IMG/VR virus record: IMGVR_UViG_3300018481_000001
Coordinates: 1-64,000 of that record
DNA length: 64,000 nt
Strand: one strand, 5' to 3'
Source: a virus
Part shown: positions 9,325 through 19,032 of the stretch, piece after piece
How the letters are laid out: each line of letters starts with the position of its first letter
How positions within the stretch are numbered: the stretch's first letter is position 1
The notes under the pieces: model-generated
What the model saw: the letters and a program-made list of their open reading frames with translations, nothing else
Told to the model about the DNA's origin: nothing
Databases searched by the model: none
Translations under genes and position numbers: made by a program

Positions 9325-10074
9325 ATGCTCGGAATTACACGTAACCTCGTCACTTGGCGTTTTCAAGATCAACACGTCGAGCGCACGATGGACAACGCCA
9401 CGTACTCTTCCGCGCACCCGGATGACACGCTCACGTTGGCAGGCCCCGCGCGTCTGAGCACGGTCGATATCGCCAGCACAAATGGCAAAAGCGTTCAGTC
9501 GCTACTGGCTATCGGCATGCTGCAAAATCTCTCTATTAGCCAGCAAAAGAGCACGCAGCCCGTGATGTCACTCGGCTCGGGTCGTTCTTTTTTCGTTTCC
9601 GGAAAGGCACAGGGTCAAGGGACCATCATGCGTCTTTTCGTCAACGGGAGAAATCTCCTTCGCGTACTTTACCACAACGCACGCGCGCGAGAACTGCCGG
9701 TCCAAAACTTAGATGACCCGGCTGCCATGAGCTCGGCCTCACAGTTTTATATTAATTTGGACTCCGAGCTTTACCTCATTCCGTTTGGTTTGGGTTCCAT
9801 TTTCCGCAACAAAGCGCATGACTTTGTAGGCGGATTTTACGCGGAACTTACGCTCATCCAGAGCTACAATATTAGCATTCAAGCGGGTACCAATATGATT
9901 GCCGAACAGGTGTCATTTGTGTTCGACCGCCTGATGCCCTTTGGCGAAGCTTCACTCAGCAAGCCTGGTGTGTCACGGGATACGCTCGATGCTGTCATTG
10001 GTTTCACGGACCCGATCAGCAGTGATTTGGTCACGGAGACTCTCACGGAACAAAGTGTCCCGGCGGCGTTCTAA
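9325..10074 (+). CDS. Putative tail tube protein
   Basis: SD AGGAG; follows the sheath; beta-rich IG.LQN.SISQQ...QPV..LGS...I.SYNISI.AG...I.E.V.F pattern. Confidence 0.65.
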   Translation: MLGITRNLVTWRFQDQHVERTMDNATYSSAHPDDTLTLAGPARLSTVDIASTNGKSVQSLLAIGMLQNLSISQQKSTQPVMSLGSGRSFFVSGKAQGQGTIMRLFVNGRNLLRVLYHNARARELPVQNLDDPAAMSSASQFYINLDSELYLIPFGLGSIFRNKAHDFVGGFYAELTLIQSYNISIQAGTNMIAEQVSFVFDRLMPFGEASLSKPGVSRDTLDAVIGFTDPISSDLVTETLTEQSVPAAF

Positions 10075-10220
10075 CCTGAACTTCTGGTTCTACGTCGTTA
10101 TGGTTTTATTGGCCCTGGCGGCAGGGCTTTGTTTATATGTTATATGGTCCCTGTACGCTCCTCCTGACCAAGAGTGCGTACCAGGGGCTTTCGCTTCAAC
10201 ATCTACGTTGAGTAATCATA

Positions 10221-10514
10221 ATGGACAATTCTGAAGGTCGAGACCAACAAGAAAAAGAACGCATCCACCTCCTCTCCGAGGAAGTGACCATCTTGCGCAG
10301 AATGCGCTCTGAGTTGCCCGATAAAATTAGGCGTCTCGAGATTGACCGAAATGCGCTCCTCCAAATCATTCGCGAAAAAGACGAACGCATTGCTGCGTTG
10401 GAAAAACAAACTGCGGATTTTATGAAAGGTTGTGAAACGGAACCTGAAACGTTTCATTACCTCGATAAAACTGCGGACAAATCTTCCAAAAAAACCAGGG
10501 GTGCGTCGCGATGA
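10221..10514 (+). CDS. Small coiled-coil protein
   Basis: Heptad-like charged sequence; ATGA overlap with the next gene. Confidence 0.5.
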   Translation: MDNSEGRDQQEKERIHLLSEEVTILRRMRSELPDKIRRLEIDRNALLQIIREKDERIAALEKQTADFMKGCETEPETFHYLDKTADKSSKKTRGASR

Positions 10515-10849
10515 CCCTTGCCTACCGCCAAGGCCAGCGTGCCGCACTCGAGAAACTCGGATTTGTGACACGCACCTTGGGCGGCGCCGCACTTGGTGGC
10601 CTCTCAGGGTACGCACTAGCGCCCGAGGACCGTAAGGGCGTGGGGGCCGTGATGGGCGCGTCCCTTGGTGGACTCGGCAGCGCAGTGGCTCCTGTGGCTG
10701 CACGTGCACTCGCAGAGCGCGAGCTAACCGCCCTTGAACGCGCGGGGAGCGCCGCGCTCGGCGGCACTGCAGGCCTTGGGCTCAGTCAGTTTTCGACCAG
10801 CAAAAATGTTCCGGATCGGTCGGAAGACCCTTACCGGTATCTGCGATGA
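10511..10849 (+). CDS. Leader-family glycine-zipper protein
   Basis: MTLAYRQGQRAALEKLGF leader; GxxxG hairpin with APEDRKG loop. Confidence 0.8.
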   Translation: MTLAYRQGQRAALEKLGFVTRTLGGAALGGLSGYALAPEDRKGVGAVMGASLGGLGSAVAPVAARALAERELTALERAGSAALGGTAGLGLSQFSTSKNVPDRSEDPYRYLR

Positions 10850-11016
10850 GCGTACGCGACGGGTGGTTACTCACCTGCGGCATGTGCCTCGCGTCCATTA
10901 ATAACGAAAAAGCCAAAGCAGCTGGCTGGCTTCTTTTACCTCAGCGTCAGTTTTGCCCTCTGCATCGCGAAGAGGGTGCAAAACGGGAAACGGGATACGA
11001 TGAGCCGCGCAGGTGA
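10846..11016 (+). CDS. Small Zn-finger protein (56 aa, below the ORF-track cutoff)
   Basis: My translation: MSVRDGWLLTCGMC...AAGW...FCPLH; ATGA overlap with the upstream stop. Confidence 0.55.
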   Translation: MSVRDGWLLTCGMCLASINNEKAKAAGWLLLPQRQFCPLHREEGAKRETGYDEPRR

Positions 11017-12448
11017 ATTCGGCATTGTTGTCACCTATCAAGCGGACAACTACACGGCCACGGTGCGCACTTCCGCAGGTCGAACACTCACCGGCGTGCC
11101 CCGTCTACGCAGTTCTCCAGGAGAAATTGCCCCTCTTGCGCCGGGTACGCCCGTCCTGCTGAACTTCGATTACGGTGCTCCGTTTATATTGGGCGTACTC
11201 TCGGCGCCGCTGGGAAATGACCCCGCAGACAATAAATTCTCCCTTACTGACACAGAAGGGTTTGGCGGCCAGGGGCTCAACAAAACTGCGCTGGACACTG
11301 GCAGCGATTACCGCAACGCACAAGAACCCAGCGACGTAGTACCGGGCGATTGGGTGCAGCTCGGCTCTAATGGGAATTCTATCGGGGTATTGGCCGGGGG
11401 TGTCAACGTCATGCGTTCGACACCTCTTGCGCAAATACGTACACATCTCATCAATGATCTTGTAGAAATTATATCGCGTAACTTTCGCCATATCACAGAT
11501 ATGGGCGAATTTACGGTCCAAAACAACGACGGGCGCATCAATATGCGCTTCCGTGGTGGCAGCGACCAGCGCAGCGAAGCGGGTCCTGACGAAGAAAACT
11601 GGACCATTAAATTTGACCTGGGAGCCGAAGGTGATTTGCTCAACTTCGAACTCTGCACGCCTGAAGGGCAAACGCTGTTTCGATTTCATGTGGACAGCGA
11701 AGGCAAATGCGAAATATTCGGCATTAATGGCGTTGCAATTCACTCGGGGAACCTCACGGGCGGCACTGCTGTTGAAACCGTAACTGGCAACAAAAGACAG
11801 TCCTTTTTAGGCAATCACGAAACGGAAGTTTCAGGAACCCAAAAACATACGGTGCGCGGTGGCGTAGAAACGAACGTACTCGGTGACCATACGCTGAGCG
11901 CCGGTAACGACGTACGTACCCAGGCGCTGCGCGATTACGGACTATCCGCCGGCCGCAATATGTATGTCGCAGTGCAAGGCAATGACACGGGTGAATCTTT
12001 AATATTTGATATCGCCAGTGGAAATTACTTTGTGAATATTGGTGGCGTAAACTCACCCAATCCCAAGAGCGGGTTTACGATGAAGACATTCGCCGGAGAT
12101 ATGAATCATGAATCTACAGCGGGCGGTAATTTCAATATCACTTCGCTGCTTGGCATCTTACAAAGCAAGACACGTAAAGCCGTACTCTCTACAAACAATA
12201 TTCCTGATTCAGTCATTTTGGGGGGCTCTGCCTTAACGAGCCATATCGTTAAATACGAACAACTCGAACAACACCTCATGCTGCTTTACCAGCTGCTCGA
12301 CACGCACGTGCACGTCGAACAAGGCACCGCCACGGCCGGTCCCTTCCCGGTTGTTGGTGTAAGTGGAATGCCCGTTGTGCCCTTCAGCAGCGTGCTCAAT
12401 TCACTCATTATTACACTCAAGAGTTTGACAACCGGAGTGGCTCTGTGA
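11000..12448 (+). CDS. Baseplate central spike (gpV/gp5-like)
   Basis: N-terminal OB-fold-like region, 8-residue-period beta-helix repeats (TVTGN..SFLGN..EVSGT..TVRGG..NVLGD) and C-terminal LDTHVH (HxH metal-binding tip). Confidence 0.8.
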   Translation: MSRAGEFGIVVTYQADNYTATVRTSAGRTLTGVPRLRSSPGEIAPLAPGTPVLLNFDYGAPFILGVLSAPLGNDPADNKFSLTDTEGFGGQGLNKTALDTGSDYRNAQEPSDVVPGDWVQLGSNGNSIGVLAGGVNVMRSTPLAQIRTHLINDLVEIISRNFRHITDMGEFTVQNNDGRINMRFRGGSDQRSEAGPDEENWTIKFDLGAEGDLLNFELCTPEGQTLFRFHVDSEGKCEIFGINGVAIHSGNLTGGTAVETVTGNKRQSFLGNHETEVSGTQKHTVRGGVETNVLGDHTLSAGNDVRTQALRDYGLSAGRNMYVAVQGNDTGESLIFDIASGNYFVNIGGVNSPNPKSGFTMKTFAGDMNHESTAGGNFNITSLLGILQSKTRKAVLSTNNIPDSVILGGSALTSHIVKYEQLEQHLMLLYQLLDTHVHVEQGTATAGPFPVVGVSGMPVVPFSSVLNSLIITLKSLTTGVAL

Positions 12449-12648
12449 GCTCTTCTCGCTGGCATGTGCCCCCTATGTTTAAGCTTCTTTTGCTTATTCA
12501 AAAAGGCGCTGCACTTCTGCAAAAAGAAGAACTTGAGGAAAAGTTAAACCAAGCTCAGGCTATGCTCAAATCGTATGGCAAATTGGAAAAAACTCAGCAC
12601 AAACAAGCTGGCTCCTCCGGCGCTCCAGAAAATTCTTCTCGGCGTTGA
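12445..12648 (+). CDS. Small hypothetical protein (uncertain)
   Basis: GTGA overlap with the spike gene, but also overlaps the next gene by 74 nt. Confidence 0.3.
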   Translation: MSSSRWHVPPMFKLLLLIQKGAALLQKEELEEKLNQAQAMLKSYGKLEKTQHKQAGSSGAPENSSRR

Positions 12649-14407
12649 GAAAACCAATGCGGCCTTCAAGACCGCGCTGCGTGTCACGCAAGCCAAACTT
12701 CACATCGCCAAAGTTTTTGCGCGTATCGCAGCAGCCAATCCAGTCGAAGCAGCTCTACGCACTGCACTTCAAGAAATAGAAGACTTTTTAACCGGCCTTG
12801 CAGCCAATACCGCTGCACACGCCATCATGATTCCTATTCAAAAACAATATACAGGTATCGACTTTCTTGAGAGTTTTGACAGATTCTCGCTCGAATCAGT
12901 ATTTGATAAGGTAGCCAATGAAGGCTCTTACACACGGGACGTTCTCCGCACCAATACACCCGCTACAATTTCATTTATCAATCACGCCACCAATGCCACA
13001 GGCGGTAACCACGGCTACTGGCGTACCTTTATGCTATCTCTATACGATACGGGTGACGCAGCGCGCCCCTTGTTCCCGCCAAATTACGCTGTTGCCGGTG
13101 TCTCCGTAATCATGGGCGCCAACAGTCTTTCGTTGTTGATGCCTCTGATGGATATTTTTAATCAATTATTATTTATGGGCACGCGCGGCAGTTTGTCCTC
13201 CCGCATTTTACCTATGCCACGTAACTTGCGCGGGTTGGTCATCCCTATGCCCGACAAACAAGAGCTGGGGGTACAGTTGGACTGGGACCCTATTCCATTG
13301 GTTATCCTGCGGCCAGGCTTCACGTCAGAGCAATTCCAAGTTAAAAATATTTTAGTGATTCGCTCGGTCGACCCGAATCTTCGTCAGCGCTTTGGCTGGG
13401 CCCAAAATTTTGATTTCATTCCCAGCGTACTTACGGACGCAGACCCAACAGTCAAAGACTGGGAAATCGATCCCGACGCGGAAACGCAAGTCATCGCGCA
13501 GCTAAAAAATACTGGCTTTGTTTTCCGTTACGTTGACCGTGTTCCCCTGAAAGAGGGCCGCGCCTACTACTACGCGCTTGCCGTAATCTATACCCTGGGT
13601 GGGGTCCTGCAGCCGGTCAGTAATTTGTCCAATGTAGAAACCATTTATTACAATGGCCGCGCACGCCCTTCGAGCCGAGGAGAACCACCTGATTGGTTTA
13701 TGACTCCCACGGCCGTACAGCTTTTTCCCGTACTTTATTCAATTATCGGTGAAGCAAAGATATTTATTTCTAAAATGCTAGCACGCACTACCAGCAACAA
13801 TGGTGTTGTGAATTTAATTCTACAGCTTATTGCGCAAGTCGATTTGCTATTGATTGAGGCGCGGCGTATTTCTTTTCTACTCAATCAGTTGGCCAACCGT
13901 ATCAAACTGTTGAGTACGATGGAAACGGCGGGTGTCCGAACAACCAACATCGAAGTCCCTGCCGGTGGAATTCAAGCCTGGGGCGCAGAGCTCGCGCGGC
14001 GTTTGGCAGACGAAAGTGACCCCTCTCGCCCGCCTTACGATCATAACGAGCTCTGCGCAGGGTTTATTATTGTCGCAGGTGCGCCGCGTCTCCCCGAACT
14101 TCGGGCATTTCGGGAACTATTGTCACTCTTTTTTGGAGACGACAAACCTACATCGCTTCGAGAGGTACTAGAAATCCTGGACGTCGACACGCGCACTGGC
14201 AGGGGCGCCAACGGCGTAGGGCGTCGACCCGGCGCCGGCAGCGCCGTCTACGACCCCACGTACGACGGCACGGGGCCTGGTTACGGTAGGTTTGACGCAT
14301 CCCTCCAGCCCACAGTAGCGAACGTCGTAGATGCCCAAGTGCCTTCCAAAGTGCCACCTGTTTTCGACGCTTCTCTCAAAAAGTCGACGCGTGCTGATGG
14401 GTGCTAA
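12575..14407 (+). CDS. Putative baseplate/structural protein (610 aa)
   Basis: Long ORF after the spike with a central Fn3-like segment (LDWDP...YVDR......YYYA). Confidence 0.5.
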   Translation: MANWKKLSTNKLAPPALQKILLGVEKTNAAFKTALRVTQAKLHIAKVFARIAAANPVEAALRTALQEIEDFLTGLAANTAAHAIMIPIQKQYTGIDFLESFDRFSLESVFDKVANEGSYTRDVLRTNTPATISFINHATNATGGNHGYWRTFMLSLYDTGDAARPLFPPNYAVAGVSVIMGANSLSLLMPLMDIFNQLLFMGTRGSLSSRILPMPRNLRGLVIPMPDKQELGVQLDWDPIPLVILRPGFTSEQFQVKNILVIRSVDPNLRQRFGWAQNFDFIPSVLTDADPTVKDWEIDPDAETQVIAQLKNTGFVFRYVDRVPLKEGRAYYYALAVIYTLGGVLQPVSNLSNVETIYYNGRARPSSRGEPPDWFMTPTAVQLFPVLYSIIGEAKIFISKMLARTTSNNGVVNLILQLIAQVDLLLIEARRISFLLNQLANRIKLLSTMETAGVRTTNIEVPAGGIQAWGAELARRLADESDPSRPPYDHNELCAGFIIVAGAPRLPELRAFRELLSLFFGDDKPTSLREVLEILDVDTRTGRGANGVGRRPGAGSAVYDPTYDGTGPGYGRFDASLQPTVANVVDAQVPSKVPPVFDASLKKSTRADGC

Positions 14408-14429
14408 AAAAAGACACTAAATTCAGCGC

Positions 14430-14822
14430 ATGCCCACTCTCACCGCGAACCTCGTTGTCACCTACGGAAGCCTCATCCCTAACGGGGCGGTACCGCGACG
14501 GGACCCATTTATTTTTGCTCTGGATTACACAGAAGAATCCAGCAAGTTGGTCCACGTCCCGCCCGCCGTCATCGACTATCCAGTCCAACTAGATTCAATT
14601 ACGGCGCCTAAATTTTTGTTACTGTCCTGCGAACTCGCAGACGTCAGCATTCAGCTTTCCGACGGCCTGGACGAGGGTGGACGTGTCACATCCGCACTGG
14701 CTGCAGGCGCCGGCTGGATTATGTTCGTCCACCCCGTAGGTCAGCAGATAAAAGAAATACTCGTCACGACGCCAGCTTCACCCGTGAGCGGCGCGCGCAT
14801 ACGCATCATTTCTTTCGAATAA
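14430..14822 (+). CDS. Hypothetical beta-rich protein, possibly structural
   Basis: ORF with CTAAATT 6 nt upstream of ATG. Confidence 0.55.
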   Translation: MPTLTANLVVTYGSLIPNGAVPRRDPFIFALDYTEESSKLVHVPPAVIDYPVQLDSITAPKFLLLSCELADVSIQLSDGLDEGGRVTSALAAGAGWIMFVHPVGQQIKEILVTTPASPVSGARIRIISFE

Positions 14823-15005
14823 TTATTTAAAACGTAAAACCGTATATGTAGCAGTGCCCTGGCGCCCCGTACACGTTTCACCAGGACGTAAATCACGCGG
14901 GTGTTTACCTTCATATGTCGGGAAAACCGAAATATAAGGATCTTCGAGAGAAAAGTCTTTCCCACGAAGCGTCACGGGCCCGCCACTTACGATGTGAAAA
15001 ATCAT
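14823..15005 (-). CDS. Small hypothetical protein
   Basis: ATGA-coupled to the upstream gene. Confidence 0.45.
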   Translation of the reverse strand: MIFHIVSGGPVTLRGKDFSLEDPYISVFPTYEGKHPRDLRPGETCTGRQGTATYTVLRFK

Positions 15006-15286
15006 AAATCAAACCTGCCGCTACCGGTTAAAGTTACAGGGCTAAAAGGAGCACCCGTGGGAATTGCAGCCTCCCCCGGCAACGCCGAAGAGATAGTCTG
15101 CAATCCACCTTGGGTGATTTGAATCGTGACCGTAATGCCGGCGCTTGTGAAGTATTCAAGCAATCCTTCGGCAAACGCATCAGTGAAATATCGAATTGAT
15201 TTTCTAGCAATCTTCGGGAATGTCCCGAGTTTGCTATCAATTTTATTGTACAACAGCGTCGATAGTGCGTCGCTCGCCGTAGACAC
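15002..15286 (-). CDS. Hypothetical protein, possibly structural
   Basis: Coupled to both neighbours. Confidence 0.5.
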   Translation of the reverse strand: MSTASDALSTLLYNKIDSKLGTFPKIARKSIRYFTDAFAEGLLEYFTSAGITVTIQITQGGLQTISSALPGEAAIPTGAPFSPVTLTGSGRFDL

Positions 15287-15540
15287 TATTTCACCGTAAC
15301 CTGGGAGCCCCTTTTCTCAGCGGGGCGGTTGTACTGGTGTACATACCCCGCCTTGAGGCGCTTAGAACCGGGATAATCGACAATAATTGTCGTAGGGCTT
15401 GCCCACGTACTTGGTAATTTTTTATATCCTTCCGATCGATTACAGGAAGGACAGTGCTCGGGTACGCCGTCTGCCCCTTCGACATACTCATCGAATTCCG
15501 TATGGCAGGCGAGGCACTCGAAATCAAAATGTTTGAGCAT
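15286..15540 (-). CDS. FmdB-like zinc-ribbon protein
   Basis: FDFECLAC..EF....CPSC motif. Confidence 0.75.
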   Translation of the reverse strand: MLKHFDFECLACHTEFDEYVEGADGVPEHCPSCNRSEGYKKLPSTWASPTTIIVDYPGSKRLKAGYVHQYNRPAEKRGSQVTVK

Positions 15541-15545
15541 GTTTT

Positions 15546-16022
15546 TTACCTGCGACGAGGTAGTACTGCAGCAGCTTCAGAACGTTCGCGAAAATCTGCT
15601 TCGTAATCTACTTCATCATTGGTGTAGCGTGAGGCGCCGGACACCATGTTGGGATTCTCGTCTTTAAGACAATTCTCGCGAATAGACATATATTTATCGC
15701 GGGTCTGCTTAAGTACTTCGATAAGATCATCGATCATGTAGATGCTCATAAAAGGCATCGTCTCGATGACCTGACCGTCATCACCAACTTTTACCGCACC
15801 CACCTTGATGGAGAACTGCGGTACGCGCATGGGTCGCTTGCTGACTTCCACAGCAATCGCACCCTTGGTTTTGCGCTCGAGAGGCAGCCAATTTACCAAT
15901 GGCTGTTTATATGCGTTTTCATGCCTGTCATGTCGGGGCCCTAGAGTTTTACTCGTCATGCGGGTCTCCACTACTACACGCCGGGGACTTCGAACACTCA
16001 TCGCGCTGGATTCTTTTGGCAC
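15546..16022 (-). CDS. Hypothetical protein
   Basis: GTG start with AAGGTG SD. Confidence 0.6.
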   Translation of the reverse strand: MPKESSAMSVRSPRRVVVETRMTSKTLGPRHDRHENAYKQPLVNWLPLERKTKGAIAVEVSKRPMRVPQFSIKVGAVKVGDDGQVIETMPFMSIYMIDDLIEVLKQTRDKYMSIRENCLKDENPNMVSGASRYTNDEVDYEADFRERSEAAAVLPRRR

Positions 16023-16101
16023 TTAATATTCACCTTTTGACGTTTTATGTACTGCTGAAAGGTATGGGGATGTATACCCATACCACTCGTAAATTCTTTG
16101 C

Positions 16102-16986
16102 TCAAGGAGAGAAGATCGCTTTGGGTCCTGTAAAAAGCGCGACGGGCCAAAGCCCAGACGTCAACGCAACTGCGCGCGTTCGGTCGTAACGTACTTGCCA
16201 GTTCGCAAACGTACTTGCTCGAAAGGTACCGAGAAGCACCTTTGGAAAATCCTTGCTTTTGATTGCGCTAAGTAAAATCTTTTGCGCAATCGCAGGCGCG
16301 TTGACTGAAAAGGCGTGATAAACACACAACGCCAAGTCTTCAGCCATGGAAATATCTTTTTCAACTAGCATGGTACGCACGGGCCGTCTTTGATAAAATA
16401 ATTCTTCTGTATTTTGCTGACCTTGAATCAGCCAATTAATAGCATATTCTTTTTGAGCATCAAACAGCGCAGATTCTGAAAAAACTTGATGGTGTAAAAG
16501 CGCCCACCGTCGCGCTTGTTCCCAGTAGGGGCCTGTTTGAGGCACCACACCACGCAAAGGTGCCAACTCCTGCAGAATGTCCGCCCCTGTAACGGGCTTA
16601 CCTGTCTGTACCTCGGACAACACGCCCTTAGATGTAATCGCCCAGCCTCGCGCGCGATACTGATCGAGCAAAGCAATCATCGCAAAACCAGGCGTTCGCG
16701 CAAGTTCCATTCGACTCAGCAACGCAAACAAGCTGCCTTGCGTACCGCTGCTTGGGTACACCGCAATATTATGGAGTGGTCCGCCACTCAATCCCGCGCC
16801 GTCATAGCTCTGCACGCTGCCATAACGCGGCGCTTCCAACTGTGCGGTCAGGAAAAAAGCACGATCCATATGTAGGGACGTACTAGGTAACGACACCGGA
16901 GTACGCCCGTCAATTTTGCAACCAGCGTACCCCTTGTACCGAACCCACTGAACACGTGTGACTTCTGGATTGGGCGTAAGCGGCAT
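16102..16986 (-). CDS. Possible lysozyme-fold peptidoglycan hydrolase (endolysin candidate)
   Basis: TAQLEA..YGSVQSYDGAGLSGG resembles the E...YD..G.S.G catalytic region of lysozyme-like domains. Confidence 0.4.
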   Translation of the reverse strand: MPLTPNPEVTRVQWVRYKGYAGCKIDGRTPVSLPSTSLHMDRAFFLTAQLEAPRYGSVQSYDGAGLSGGPLHNIAVYPSSGTQGSLFALLSRMELARTPGFAMIALLDQYRARGWAITSKGVLSEVQTGKPVTGADILQELAPLRGVVPQTGPYWEQARRWALLHHQVFSESALFDAQKEYAINWLIQGQQNTEELFYQRRPVRTMLVEKDISMAEDLALCVYHAFSVNAPAIAQKILLSAIKSKDFPKVLLGTFRASTFANWQVRYDRTRAVALTSGLWPVALFTGPKAIFSP

Positions 16987-17004
16987 ACCCAATAATAGTC
17001 GGTC

Positions 17005-17709
17005 CTACACATGCCCCGTTAGGCAACGGTAAATAGCCTCCGTATCCATTTCTTTCTTGAGCGTCAAAAGCACAAAGGCTAGCGCCTGCCGCAAAACCTC
17101 GGCATCCATGCCGACTTTTTTGGCTGAAAAAGAAATGACTGCATTCACGTCCTGTTGGTTGCGAATGGTGCGATATTCGTTATAGAACTCAGTGCTGAGC
17201 TCTAATAACGGCTCCGCTGCGAGCTGACGGTGCATCGCATGCATGATGCTTATCCCTGCAGACTTGCCGCCCACAGTCACCGTGCCGGGCGTACGTTCAA
17301 ACGTGTCTGCCCAGAGAATACGCAACGGCTCATGGAATTTGTCAGAAGGAATAAATTTTCCTTCCATCCAGTACCGTACTGTCAAACCTGACGTATCCAT
17401 CCGTCGACCAAACGCCGCGTAGCTTTCGCCGTACTTATCAAACAACCGACGTATTCCTGTTGGTTGCAGATAAATAGGCCAGCCTTTATCTGACGATTCT
17501 TCTCCTGGTAGTTCTAACGTAACGGACTCTTCGCCTTCTTCGAGCTTTTTAAGCAGTCGCAAGAGCCGGCGTTCTACTTTGGCTGGAATTGGATAAATTC
17601 CGTTCTGCCAGTTGCCAACCGACTTGCTCGAAACTTTAACTTGTCGTGCAATTTCAGCACGTGACATTTCTAATTTGTTACATAATTTAATGAGTTCTTT
17701 AGGCGTCAT
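17005..17709 (-). CDS. Transcriptional regulator with two XRE-type HTH domains
   Basis: MSRAEIARQVKVSSKSVGNWQNG and SYAAFGRRMDTSGLTVRYWMEG. Confidence 0.8.
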   Translation of the reverse strand: MTPKELIKLCNKLEMSRAEIARQVKVSSKSVGNWQNGIYPIPAKVERRLLRLLKKLEEGEESVTLELPGEESSDKGWPIYLQPTGIRRLFDKYGESYAAFGRRMDTSGLTVRYWMEGKFIPSDKFHEPLRILWADTFERTPGTVTVGGKSAGISIMHAMHRQLAAEPLLELSTEFYNEYRTIRNQQDVNAVISFSAKKVGMDAEVLRQALAFVLLTLKKEMDTEAIYRCLTGHV

Positions 17710-17721
17710 AGTGATATTGCC

Positions 17722-17733
17722 TTATACCGCAAA
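17722..17733 (-). promoter_or_regulatory. GGTATA-class phage promoter core
   Basis: tttGCGGTATAA 12 nt upstream of ATG 17709; the motif recurs. Confidence 0.6.
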
Positions 17734-17738
17734 ATACT

Positions 17739-17779
17739 AAAAAAATGCTTCTGTGGGTGTAGGCACCAAAAGCACTTTT
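17739..17779 (-). terminator. Probable intrinsic terminator
   Basis: Imperfect agtgctttt-ggtg-ccta-cacc-cac-agaagcatt hairpin plus T-run, downstream of 17790-18233. Confidence 0.45.
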
Positions 17780-17789
17780 CACACTGTCT

Positions 17790-18233
17790 TTACGCAGCCT
17801 TTTTTGCTTGCTCCATGGGAGGGGTGTAGACCGGGACCTCTAGCATGGTCTCCATGGTTTTGTTGTAGAGACTGACAGTGATTTTTTCTTTTCCTTCTAC
17901 GAGTTTCTCCAAAAGTTTGTGAATGACTTCGTAGCGCTCAAGACGCCACGACGTGCAGGCGTTCTTATCCGACTGCGAAACACATTTTCGGCCGGTACTG
18001 TTCTCCCAAAAGGCAACGTGCGCCAGATGCTCGTTGCTGAAAAACGTTTCCAGCGCGTCCAATTGTTCGAACGTGTACACCTTGCGCGTCCAGCGCGTCC
18101 ACCAATCCCGCTTGGAGACTTCGTTCTGCACCTTCTGGTACGTGCGCTTGCCGCGATACACGCGCGTCACATCCTTCGCCGTGGATACCTTCTTCGAAAA
18201 CCAGCTCTTGATCGTTGCCCAAATACTGCTCAT
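17790..18233 (-). CDS. Hypothetical protein with an amphipathic N-terminus
   Basis: SD AGGA; begins MSSIWATIKSWF. Confidence 0.65.
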   Translation of the reverse strand: MSSIWATIKSWFSKKVSTAKDVTRVYRGKRTYQKVQNEVSKRDWWTRWTRKVYTFEQLDALETFFSNEHLAHVAFWENSTGRKCVSQSDKNACTSWRLERYEVIHKLLEKLVEGKEKITVSLYNKTMETMLEVPVYTPPMEQAKKAA

Positions 18234-18283
18234 ATAATATTCCTGTTCAAAAACGCTTTTTGTGGTTGAAACTAATCAGAATA

Positions 18284-18592
18284 TTACTGATACCAGTCGC
18301 CCTCCACGGTGGTGTACGCCGGCCTTTTGATGCCGAACCGTTCGCGTGGCGTCGTCAAGACGAGCGCCGTAAAAATCATGCAAATACCAACAGCGATAAT
18401 CATCGGCAAAGAACTGCTGGTGACCGCAGTAAGGACCGTCGCCAGCACAAACCCGGTGCACACGATAATGCACGCATCGACGGTTACGGCGGCAGCGAAT
18501 CCAATAAACTTGCCAAGAAATCGGGCACCGACAACGACTGCCTGGGCAACCGCACGTACGCCGTTCCAGAGCCACTTCTTAATACTATCCAT
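18284..18592 (-). CDS. Small membrane protein
   Basis: SD GAGGT; long hydrophobic segments; own promoter motif. Confidence 0.7.
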   Translation of the reverse strand: MDSIKKWLWNGVRAVAQAVVVGARFLGKFIGFAAAVTVDACIIVCTGFVLATVLTAVTSSSLPMIIAVGICMIFTALVLTTPRERFGIKRPAYTTVEGDWYQ

Positions 18593-18610
18593 ACAACTAC
18601 CTCTATATTT

Positions 18611-18622
18611 TTATACCTCAAA
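18611..18622 (-). promoter_or_regulatory. GGTATA-class phage promoter core
   Basis: tttGAGGTATAA upstream of ATG 18592. Confidence 0.6.
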
Positions 18623-18637
18623 TCGGCGCGAGTTTAC

Positions 18638-18982
18638 TCAAACAGTGACGAAATTGGCGTCCACCACAGGCACCACTTCGTCTTTTTCGGCTGTGAATGC
18701 CGTCAAAATAATGGTCAGCAGCACCGCAATAGGTAGCACTAGCAACGCGCAGCCCGCGATAAGAACTACCGCCGCCGCTGCGTGCGCAACAAACGCCGCC
18801 AGCACGCACAGCACAAGCGCCAGAACCAACACGGCACCTACTGCGAGCGCAAGCACACCCCAGCCGAGATTGATGACATTGAGCGTTGTCACGATCGTGT
18901 CCTTGGTGTGCGTAAAAATTGCACGCACCGTCTTGACAATCGCGCGGCCACAACGTGCAAACCAATTCTTGACTTTTTCCAT
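18638..18982 (-). CDS. Small membrane protein
   Basis: SD GAGGT; ~55-aa hydrophobic stretch; own promoter motif. Confidence 0.7.
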   Translation of the reverse strand: MEKVKNWFARCGRAIVKTVRAIFTHTKDTIVTTLNVINLGWGVLALAVGAVLVLALVLCVLAAFVAHAAAAVVLIAGCALLVLPIAVLLTIILTAFTAEKDEVVPVVDANFVTV

Positions 18983-19002
18983 AAAAATTACCTCTACATC
19001 TC

Positions 19003-19014
19003 TATACCGCAGAA
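19003..19014 (-). promoter_or_regulatory. GGTATA-class phage promoter core
   Basis: ttctGCGGTATA upstream of ATG 18982. Confidence 0.6.
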
Positions 19015-19032
19015 GTGCCCTATATTATGACC

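Noticed and set aside
773-14822. Interpretation as a bacterial eCIS, T6SS or tailocin locus
   Set aside because: Neck/head-completion-like genes are present, no AAA+ ATPase or Tss membrane-complex genes are seen, and the flanking ~50 kb is typical phage gene content with no housekeeping genes.
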